Below, piece after piece: positions 1 to 9,200 of a stretch of DNA of 53,673 nucleotides (the stretch's first letter is position 1; every line of letters starts with the position of its first letter). The notes beneath the pieces were generated by a model, which was given only the letters and a program-made list of their open reading frames with translations, was not told where the DNA came from and ran no database searches. The DNA lies in the IMG/VR virus record IMGVR_UViG_3300031111_000014, positions 1 to 53,673 of that record. One strand, written 5' to 3'. Position numbers and translations under genes: made by a program. The DNA comes from a virus. Taxonomy: Duplodnaviria; Caudoviricetes.

Positions 1-2470
1 GGCCTGGAATGACGTAGCTGCCGCCCTGAGGCGCCACGGTCACGAAGTTGATAGTAACATCACAAAAATTCAGGCCTTTGCCGGGCAAATGCAGGCCGCC
101 ACTGGTCGGTCCGATGAGTTCATCGGCAAGGCCGTCCAGAGCTTCATTGACTACGGCCAGTCTGTAGACGAGGCCATGAAGACCACCCAGGTCGCCCTCG
201 ATTTGGCGGCTGGCGGTGGGATGAATCTGGCGAGTGCTACTGACCTGCTGGCTAAGGCCGCGGTCGGGTACACGTCTACGCTGTCGAGATATGGTATCAT
301 CATAGATGAGAACATCCCTAAGTCTGAGAAGTTTGCGGCTGCTATTGCACAGATAAATGAGCGGTTCGGCGGGGCGGCAGCAGCACAGGCCGATAACGTC
401 GCCACGAAGATATCACTGCTGACCGAACGATTTGGGGATCTCCAAGAGGAGATATTCACGCTGATATCCCCGGCGTTATTCTCGGGGCTGGAGAGCGCGA
501 TTGGCTTGGTGAACGGCCTGATCGGCATATTCACCGACGAATCGGTTGACCAGATTCGACAGGCCAACAAGGCATTCGAGGAGACCGCCGGGAACACTCT
601 GCGCATGGCGGACCGCTATGACGAGCTGGCGTCAAAGGAGAAGTTGACCAGCAAGGAGCAGGAGGAACTAAACCGGCTGCTCGAAGAGCTGGCAAAACTA
701 CAGCCGGGTATCGTCGAGAGATGGGACGCGATGGGTAGGGCTATTGATATCTCCACCGATGCACTCAGGGATAACATCCGTGAACAGCGCACGATAAATC
801 AACTGGCAGAACAAGACGCCTTAAAGAAACTTGGCGACGCATACAAGGACAACTTGAGTGCCATCCGGGATAACATCGAGACAATCAAGAAGTATAGGGA
901 GGAATCATCGAGCGCCTTAACAGCTTTAAGTAATAAGAGTTTTGATTACCAAGGGGCCATTGAAAACCTGAGTGCCGAAATACAATCACTCAGGTACTCA
1001 CAAAAGCAATACGTGTCGGAAGCGTCTGGGTATTTCCCGGAGTTGGCGGCCGACACCGACCAGTATGCCTTCGCGGTGAGAATGCTCGGGGAGGATCTCG
1101 CTCGCATCGTGTTACTGCAGCAGACCTTGGGTAAGACCAGTATTGACTTGGATAGCGGTGCTGGTTTTGGCAAATTCCTGTCCGGCTTGACCTCGATGGT
1201 CTCGACTACCAGGGAGACCACTAGTCAAGTGGCTTCGCTCTTTGACCAGCTCGCGGCGCATGTCGAATTCGACGAGATCAACGACGAGTACGAGGACGCC
1301 CTTGTCGGGATGCAGCGTTCAACCGAGGAGCGCAATGAGCGGTTCAATGAGCTGTGGGCCGAACATCAGAATGTGCGGCGCAGCATAGAGGAGGCCGCAT
1401 TTCAGGCGTCCATTGCTGGCATGACGGATTATCATGCGACTGTCGCTACTCTCGAACACGACCGGGCGGCTGAGGAACGGGTTCTCCGCCAAGACCAGTA
1501 TTTGGGCGAGGAAGAACTCCAGGCCGCCCTGTACGATCTCGATGTCATCTATGGTCAGAGGCGCCAAGAACTACTCAACCGGCAGATAGAACAGTTCCAG
1601 GCGCAATGGTATGAGCGTTGGTCTATCCTGACCGAGCAAGTCTCGACCTTCTCCCACAACCTAACTCAGGTACTTATCACGGACAGCAACAACCTCCGGG
1701 ATATGATGCACGACACGTTCGAGCAGATCGGCCAGTCTATCGCTCACAACCTGGTCGACCGCGGGCTCAAGGCCATCTGGAAGTTCATTGCGGGACAGGC
1801 AGCGCAGCGGACTGCCACGATTTTATTGGGGGCAACCCAGAAAGCGCAGATGGTTGCCGAGACGGTGTCGACTACTACCCGACAGGCCCACACGAAAGCA
1901 ACAGCGATGGCCACCGCCATTACGGCATCTTTGACGGCGGCGACGGGGGCACTCACTGCGGCCTCTGGAGTGGCTGTTGCTGCTATGGGGGTTGAGTCTA
2001 TCGCCGTCAGGGCTCTCACGAAACATTACATTGCCCTGGCCTCGGCTAAGGCAGCCGCTACCCTCGGCATCTCTGCTGGGCCCTCCATTGCTGCCGCGGC
2101 TACCGTCAAGGCGTCGCTCACGGCCATGCTCACGGGATTTGACGACCCTATTAACGACTCGATCGCCTACCGGCACGGCCAGGACTACGCGAAGAACTTC
2201 ATCAAGGGTGCGCAATCGAGATTCGGGGCCCCTCAGTTCGGTATGGAAGTACGGTCGGGATTGTCCCGGGTGCCGTCGTCCAGTCAGTCGGCGCCAGCCC
2301 AAGGCAATACCTATATCACTGTTAGGGTCGAGGGCAACGTCGTGGCTGATGATACTTGGGTGCAGGAATCTCTTGTCCCCGCGATTGAGAGAGCATCCGG
2401 CACGGGACACAGTAGGGTCGCCCTGAAAAACGACAACAGGACCGGGCGTTCAGCCCTGAGGTTGAGGTAA
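1..2470 (+). CDS. Tape measure protein, 3' part (starts at 53492 and wraps the junction; ~880 aa total)
   Basis: Long Ala-rich helical protein downstream of tail tube and chaperone; frame open from position 2 and continuous with the ORF starting at 53492. Confidence 0.9.
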   Translation, partial: AWNDVAAALRRHGHEVDSNITKIQAFAGQMQAATGRSDEFIGKAVQSFIDYGQSVDEAMKTTQVALDLAAGGGMNLASATDLLAKAAVGYTSTLSRYGIIIDENIPKSEKFAAAIAQINERFGGAAAAQADNVATKISLLTERFGDLQEEIFTLISPALFSGLESAIGLVNGLIGIFTDESVDQIRQANKAFEETAGNTLRMADRYDELASKEKLTSKEQEELNRLLEELAKLQPGIVERWDAMGRAIDISTDALRDNIREQRTINQLAEQDALKKLGDAYKDNLSAIRDNIETIKKYREESSSALTALSNKSFDYQGAIENLSAEIQSLRYSQKQYVSEASGYFPELAADTDQYAFAVRMLGEDLARIVLLQQTLGKTSIDLDSGAGFGKFLSGLTSMVSTTRETTSQVASLFDQLAAHVEFDEINDEYEDALVGMQRSTEERNERFNELWAEHQNVRRSIEEAAFQASIAGMTDYHATVATLEHDRAAEERVLRQDQYLGEEELQAALYDLDVIYGQRRQELLNRQIEQFQAQWYERWSILTEQVSTFSHNLTQVLITDSNNLRDMMHDTFEQIGQSIAHNLVDRGLKAIWKFIAGQAAQRTATILLGATQKAQMVAETVSTTTRQAHTKATAMATAITASLTAATGALTAASGVAVAAMGVESIAVRALTKHYIALASAKAAATLGISAGPSIAAAATVKASLTAMLTGFDDPINDSIAYRHGQDYAKNFIKGAQSRFGAPQFGMEVRSGLSRVPSSSQSAPAQGNTYITVRVEGNVVADDTWVQESLVPAIERASGTGHSRVALKNDNRTGRSALRLR

Positions 2471-2473
2471 TAT

Positions 2474-3292
2474 ATGGCGAGTACGGCTACACTATACACT
2501 ACGGGGCTGATGGCCAAGGGAAGCGCCAGCGTATCGACGGGCGGATCCAGCAGCGGGCACGGCATTAACAACGCCTTTGACTTTAACCCCGACACCTACT
2601 GGGCGCCATCGAGCACGGACAACCAGATAATAGACGTTGATATGGGAGCGTCGGTCAGCCCCGACAATTTCGCCATCTGGGTCCACGACTACGACACCGA
2701 TTACGAATCAGGCACACAGAGTATCGGCATCTATACTGACGACAACGACAACGGCAGTTATTCCGCCGTAACGGTCTGGGGTGGCTCCGCCGTACTATTT
2801 GACAACACGGTAGGGGACCCCATCTACTATCCGTTGTCCAGTCTGACCCTTGAAGCCGTAACGAAGCGATACTGGCGTATAGCGATCGCCAGCATGACCT
2901 CCATCGCCGAGATCTCGATGTTCCTATGGCTTAAAACTCGGTCGATCTCTATAGCAAATCAATGGCCGGAGGACGACACCGACGACTTCGAAACCGACAC
3001 CGTAACAGCCGGGGGCGGGCGCCAGTACATACAACTGTTCAATAGGAACGCCACCGGCAGGATCACCCGCCGATATTTCTTTAATGGCGATACTGATAAG
3101 GACGCTCTGCGCAACGCTTTTCTGGACTCCAAGAAAAACGCCTATCCCTTGATACTGAAGGAGGGGGCGGTTAGCAAACTGGTGCGCTTCACGAACGATC
3201 CGTTCAATAAGCGACAGGTCCAGTATCAGCAGTACACTCCGACCGTGAGCTTTGATCGCATCCCGTATATCGAGGACGGGGAAACCTACTAA
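2474..3292 (+). CDS. Distal tail-type protein with discoidin/F5-8C-like N-terminal domain
   Basis: Follows TMP; NAFDFNPDTYW...IDVDMG...RYWRI pattern typical of discoidin-like domains. Confidence 0.6.
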   Translation: MASTATLYTTGLMAKGSASVSTGGSSSGHGINNAFDFNPDTYWAPSSTDNQIIDVDMGASVSPDNFAIWVHDYDTDYESGTQSIGIYTDDNDNGSYSAVTVWGGSAVLFDNTVGDPIYYPLSSLTLEAVTKRYWRIAIASMTSIAEISMFLWLKTRSISIANQWPEDDTDDFETDTVTAGGGRQYIQLFNRNATGRITRRYFFNGDTDKDALRNAFLDSKKNAYPLILKEGAVSKLVRFTNDPFNKRQVQYQQYTPTVSFDRIPYIEDGETY

Positions 3293-5538
3293 TGCACTCA
3301 GCATCCGCAGCCTTTTCCGCTTTCCAGAATCGGACCGGCGATTCGTTGGCGACCATTGTGATGGTTACGGACGGGACCGATACGTGGTACTTCTCGGATC
3401 GGGATATGAACCTGGCGGAGGGACATGTCCACGCGGTTATGCGCGGCCACTCCGGCATCAACGAATCAATCGACATCTATTCGAAAAAGTGGACGGTGTC
3501 GAGCGTGTCGGTCACCCTGCACAACGTCAAGTTCAAGCAGAACAGTTCCGGGACTTGGGTCTCTCCGTCTGATATCCTGTCGGGCATTCGTTTCAATGAT
3601 GCGGCGATTTATCTGCTTAAAGGTGAGATGGTGGGGAGTATCGACGACTGCCTGTTGCGCTTTTCCGGTAATGTGGTCGATGCGCCCGAGTCCTCTGAGC
3701 GCGAATTTAAGTTTACAATCGTCGATAAAGGCCGTCTCTATGCGGGGATCACCCTGCCGCAAAATGTTGTGTCGAGCGTCTACCCGAACGCCCCAGAGCC
3801 GGACGTCTCCAAGAAAATCCCGATAGTCTACGGGAAATTCACGAAGGAATACAAGTCGAACGACACCGGGTTGGCCGTGGCCGTCAAGTACAACAGTAAG
3901 GATCGGCCGTCTTATCTGGTGTCCGACCACGTTCTGCATTTGGCTACGGCGGCGTTCGTACAACACCCCTCCCTGCCGGAACAGACTAAACTCGAAAACC
4001 CGAGCCTCGTTGAGGACGACAGCGGCCGAGGCCGGATTACCTTGAAATACTATGGCGATTACTGGCAGACATACCATCGGGGTTTGACATATCTGTACCC
4101 CGAGAGCACCTTCTCGGGCAACTATGAAGTCGGCGGCTATCAGGACTATATCACGAACTTCTCGGCGGCGAGAGACAGGGGGACGGCAGACTATGCTTCT
4201 GTTTTTGATGCTACCGATGGCGGTACAGCCGGGACCGACTACCAGGAATGCTGGGCATATTTCACGTTTGGCGATTACGATTCCGGCGATTCCCAGGACA
4301 ATAAGATAGGCTGGTTCACTTCCGACGCCACAGTCTCTGTTGTAACCGAGGCTGGGGCCAGTATTCACCAGGACGATTTTAACACACTCGACTTCCGTTT
4401 ATACTTCAATCACTCAGGGACGGTTGATAGTTACGAGTCCCTCGGGTCCCTGCTTATCGGGGGCCGTCGTAGCTTCACCCTCGGTCTAGCGTCATCGCCT
4501 TATTGGGGCACGAATATCGTCTGGCACCCCCTTACCGGCCACGCCAGCGCAACATCCGACGAAGCGCTGCCAGCCATGTTTGCGATATACGGCAAAACGG
4601 AACAGAATAGCGCCCGCATCACGGGTTCCGGTGACGGGACTACAAACAATCAGGAACTTCTCAAGGTCTACGATCTGCGTTTACAGATCCGACACTACGT
4701 CAAGTCCGGTAGTTGGGAAAGCGCATGGTGTGCCTGTGAGGGGTATGAGTACGGCAGTTGGATCAACGGTCGGAGTAGCGGCTATTCTTCCGGTGATGTC
4801 ATCGAGGATCCAGCCGGGATTGTCGAGGGGTTACTGCGCAATGAACTGTCGGTTGCTACTGCCAGCATCGACATGCCGACGTTCATATCAGCAGAAAACG
4901 CCAGTGTAACCGCCAGAATTAACCTGCACTCAGATAATGAAATGTCGGCGGCCGAGGCCATCCAGCAGATAGCCGAGCAATCGACGTTTGCGTTCCATTG
5001 GAGCGCTAGTGGTATGGCCAAACTGGTATCGCTCAATGACACGTCACCAACCACCGACAGGACTATCCCCTGGTGTCACATCAGAGAGCGCTCCATTAAG
5101 ACAAGCCACACCGATAAGATCATCAACCACCTGACGATCAGCAGCCGATGGCAGGAGGAGTATCGAGAGTACCACGATATCGACATAGTCGAGGACGCCT
5201 CATCACAGGCTGCCCCGCCTACGGGCACGGGGGAGGTATTCAAATACGAGGCCGACTGGCCGAACATTGCCGGGACGTCTCGGGCTCATGTGGCTAGCCA
5301 TTTGGTCAACACCACGAACGGCATCTGGTCGAAGGAGCACCTGCTGCTCGACCTGATCACGGTCGGGACGACCAACGCGGACCTAGAGATTGGTGATTGG
5401 ATAGAATTGGATGCCACCTCCGTTGACCCACATTTCAAGGCCGATGGTGAGAGCTGGGCGGGGAAACAACTGTTGGTCTATTCCCTATCGCAGGGTATGG
5501 ACTCCACACGAATCAAAGCAATCGAATTGTACTCATAG
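3292..5538 (+). CDS. Tail tip/hub protein
   Basis: Position, 748 aa length, KIPIVYG and IEDPAGIVEGLLRNEL motifs resembling tail-hub proteins. Confidence 0.6.
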   Translation: MHSASAAFSAFQNRTGDSLATIVMVTDGTDTWYFSDRDMNLAEGHVHAVMRGHSGINESIDIYSKKWTVSSVSVTLHNVKFKQNSSGTWVSPSDILSGIRFNDAAIYLLKGEMVGSIDDCLLRFSGNVVDAPESSEREFKFTIVDKGRLYAGITLPQNVVSSVYPNAPEPDVSKKIPIVYGKFTKEYKSNDTGLAVAVKYNSKDRPSYLVSDHVLHLATAAFVQHPSLPEQTKLENPSLVEDDSGRGRITLKYYGDYWQTYHRGLTYLYPESTFSGNYEVGGYQDYITNFSAARDRGTADYASVFDATDGGTAGTDYQECWAYFTFGDYDSGDSQDNKIGWFTSDATVSVVTEAGASIHQDDFNTLDFRLYFNHSGTVDSYESLGSLLIGGRRSFTLGLASSPYWGTNIVWHPLTGHASATSDEALPAMFAIYGKTEQNSARITGSGDGTTNNQELLKVYDLRLQIRHYVKSGSWESAWCACEGYEYGSWINGRSSGYSSGDVIEDPAGIVEGLLRNELSVATASIDMPTFISAENASVTARINLHSDNEMSAAEAIQQIAEQSTFAFHWSASGMAKLVSLNDTSPTTDRTIPWCHIRERSIKTSHTDKIINHLTISSRWQEEYREYHDIDIVEDASSQAAPPTGTGEVFKYEADWPNIAGTSRAHVASHLVNTTNGIWSKEHLLLDLITVGTTNADLEIGDWIELDATSVDPHFKADGESWAGKQLLVYSLSQGMDSTRIKAIELYS

Positions 5539-5554
5539 CAAAGCGGGGACACGA

Positions 5555-5767
5555 ATGATCGAGACAACGATAAGGTTGGGCGATATCCTACAGATACTCG
5601 CCCTGATCTTGGCGGCTATCGCCTTCTACTATGGGGTTCTTGGTAGGCTCCAGCGGTTACTGGAAAACCATGCCGTCAGGCTGAAGCACATCGAGGAGCT
5701 TTTAGATAGACACGATCAGGACATTCGTGACCTATACAAAACAAAAACGGACAGGAATAACCCATGA
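5555..5767 (+). CDS. Small membrane protein (TM plus coiled coil; holin/XhlA-like)
   Basis: ATG at 5555; hydrophobic ILQILALILAAIAFYYGVL followed by a charged helix. Confidence 0.5.
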   Translation: MIETTIRLGDILQILALILAAIAFYYGVLGRLQRLLENHAVRLKHIEELLDRHDQDIRDLYKTKTDRNNP

Positions 5768-6204
5768 CATTGAACATCACCACCAAATTATTGTTGGGCA
5801 TCGCATTCATCTTATGTGTCGTCAGTATCTTTGCGCACGGCTGCAAGGGTGTCAAGGCTGACCCCGCCGATGTGCAGATAACATTCGAATGGACGGCGCC
5901 CGGCGATGACGGCCTGCTCGGTCAGGCCAGCGTAACAACGATAAAATATGCCCTTACGGCTGATTCCCTGGCTGACCAGTGGGACAACTGCACTCAAGTA
6001 GGGGGAATCCCCGAGCCCCTACCGGCCGGCAGCCACGAAAGTCACGCAGTCACATTGTCACTATTCAGCGAGACCCCGTACTTTTTCGCCCTCAAGGTGG
6101 CGGACAATGTCGGCAACTGGTCGGTACTGTCGAACGTGGTCGAGGTTGAGATAGCCGACACCATCCCGCCCGCCGGAGTATCAGACCTGCAAGCGACCTT
6201 CTAA
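5764..6204 (+). CDS. Exported/lipoprotein with fibronectin type III-like domain
   Basis: Signal peptide ending FAHGC; WTAPGDDG...YFFALKVADNVGNWSVLSN FN3-like signature. Confidence 0.65.
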   Translation: MTLNITTKLLLGIAFILCVVSIFAHGCKGVKADPADVQITFEWTAPGDDGLLGQASVTTIKYALTADSLADQWDNCTQVGGIPEPLPAGSHESHAVTLSLFSETPYFFALKVADNVGNWSVLSNVVEVEIADTIPPAGVSDLQATF

Positions 6205-6213
6205 AGGACTTCT

Positions 6214-9200
6214 TTGGCCTCAGTAACCAAGACAGCAACAACTTCATCCGTCACCGCGTTTGAGGGGACTGGCTCCAACGGCTGGAGTAATCCCGACAAC
6301 GCGAGAGTGTCGGACAATACGTATGCTTCTTCGCTTAACGTCGCAAGCGAGAAGTATTTCTGCATCTATACGTTCGGCTTTGACACGGACGATATCCCCG
6401 AAAGCCACAAGGTCGATGGTGTCAAGGTTGAGGTAGAATGCCAGGACACCGGCTTTTCCTTCAACAACGCCAACATCTACCTACGGTTCGGGGCCAGTGA
6501 TTATTCGGCGTCGTCCAAAAGCCTGGTATTCCCGGCTTTCGAGAATTGGGTGGCACTCGGGAGCGCGACCGCCTTATTCGGGGAATCGTCTATTGGCGAC
6601 GACGTGGTCAGATCGAGTAACTTCGGTGTTGCCATCAAGCGATCGGGGCGTCCCTCCGACACGACGTTCCGCATCGACTCGGTGCGGATCACGGTCTATC
6701 ACTCGGAAGATGACCAGACTGTGCGGTTGGCCGGGGCCGTGTCTGGCGATAAAATCGGCCGTGCACGTCTGGCGCATATCCCCGATCCCGATAAGACCGT
6801 ACTGTCGAGGCTCGCGCAGGGGCTGACCGCCGACAAGACCGTTCCCGGTCGGTTATCGAACACCCTTGCGTTCCTGTATTACGAGCCGGAGTGGTGGGAC
6901 GTCTCCTATATGAAGCGACGGCCCATCTCATTCGGGACCGATCACGATGAGTTGCCGGTCGGATACACCGCGTCCGTAGCGTTCTTCACTGGATACGAGG
7001 AGCGGATCGCAACCGATGGCATTCTAAATGAGGCTATACAGCATTCAAGTAAGCCCCTCGTTAACTTTCAGGCTGCTGACGATAATTACTATACCGTTTA
7101 CGCATGGACGGACACCGAGGGTAATATCTACGTCCGCAAGCAGACGAGGACTGGGGCTAGTGCCGGGTGTTGGGGATCTGCCGTAGATACCGGGCTCACG
7201 GGGTCGGGGACCGACACTCACTTCTATCCAAATATCGTATGTGCGGATGACGGTAAGCTGTGGATATTCTGGGGTGGCCACAACAACGATACGAAATACG
7301 CGGTATCATCTGCCGCTTACGATGAGACGGCGTGGGGAAGCGCCCAAACCCTCTCGGGGGTTCTAGCATATCCACGGCCACTGGTGGACAATAACGGTGA
7401 TATTTTAGTCTTCTTGAGGGGGGCGTCCAGTACCGAAAAGATGGGGTTCTTCCGGTATGATGCGTCTGCATCGTCATGGGACCCCTTCAAATACATCGCC
7501 AACTATTCCGTCCATAAATACCTGACCGCACTAAACACTTCAATCTACTGTGGCGGTGTGGCCTATGACTCGTCCGGTGACAGAATACACGTTGTACTGT
7601 GCTGGTGGGATGGTTACGGGAATACCAATTACAATATAGGCAGGGCCGTCTCGCATATATACTCCGACGACTCGGGGTCTACTTGGTATGATCTGCAGCA
7701 GGGGAGCCTCGTCGGGAACGCATCAACGAGCAGTAGTTCCACGGAGGTTGTGACATATCTCGGCAACGCTACCGCCGGGACATCTGCCCCGACGAAGATA
7801 TTCCTGTCGGGCGACGAGGACGACGACGGGACCTCGGAGGGATGGCCAGGTGGAACGGCTACAAGTGCCCCGTACTACTTCACAAACACCGAGGCGTGTG
7901 CTCTCGATTCCCGAGGGTATCCCTATTTCTTGGTTCAAGAGATCCAAGACTACAAAGAGGAGCCGTGCGAATTGTGGCTTGCGCGGTGGTCGGGTTCTGC
8001 TTGGGCTAAGACTAACCTGTCTGCGCTCAGTGGTGGTCAGAAACTGTTCACCCACAGAACGGGGGGGAATCTCTATGTAGACGACGGTGGTATCGTCTGG
8101 GTCTACGGCTTTGTCTATGATGCGTCTGCTGGTGATAGTCAATTCGCGGGCGAACGGTTTAGGTGGCGCGGGTTGGCCTATGGGACGTCATGGTCGGCGG
8201 AGTGGCAGACCAAAAACACGGCGTTCGGGCACGGCGCGATGGCCGTCCTCCCTGAAGTACCTTATGGCGGGGCCCGGGAAATAATCTACTGCCGAGACAA
8301 CGACATCTTCTGGACGGATGACCGCTACTATCCATATGTCAGGCAGGACGGTGGAGACGTCCGCATCGTGCGCCAGCAAATGGACGCCTATGGTGAATAC
8401 ACAAATACCGAGCACGACAGACTCCCCGACCGCTTTCAGGCCGAGGATACTGCGATTTATTTCAAGCTACAAGCGACCGTTGCACAGGACTCCGAGCATC
8501 CCGGGACAGAGGACAGGTACTGGATATACTACAATAAATACAACGCAACGAACGCCCCAAATGACCCCGATAATGTCTACACATTCTTTGAAGACTTCGA
8601 GACGTACGTAGCAACCTCAGACATGGATGGACAGGGGGGGTGGTTTACTTCCGCGACGGCCAATACATATAGGCCCATCAACCACTACGATCTCAGCGAA
8701 TGGGATCAGACTGGCGGCAGCAAAATTGTCGGCGGGGCGCAATGCTTACTGTGTTACTACCCGGATACCACCCCCCCATACTTCTTGGCTAAGGCAGTAT
8801 CATGGTCTGATGTACGAGTGAGTTGGTGGATGGGCGTGCACATTAACCCAGATAACTTCAACTTCGTTGATCTCTATGAATCAGGGGGGGGGTGGGTCCG
8901 ACTTGGTTCTATCGGAAACTACTGTTATTACGAAAGGTCGGGGGATGGTACACCTCAGTACAGTAGTAAGTTTGCGCTTCCTGGGCGATACCACCATTAT
9001 GAGGCCGTGATATCTGGCAGTAGCGTCTCCCTATATGTGGACGGGGCGACGGTATTAGCATCGGACCCCGAGGTATCCTCCGTAGCAAGTATTAGGATAG
9101 GTACTACGGGAACCCTATCCCGAACGGTAGTAGACAAGATTGTCGTCACAAAGTACGTCGCTAACGCCCCCGCCCTCACTCTCGGTGACGAAGAGGGAGA

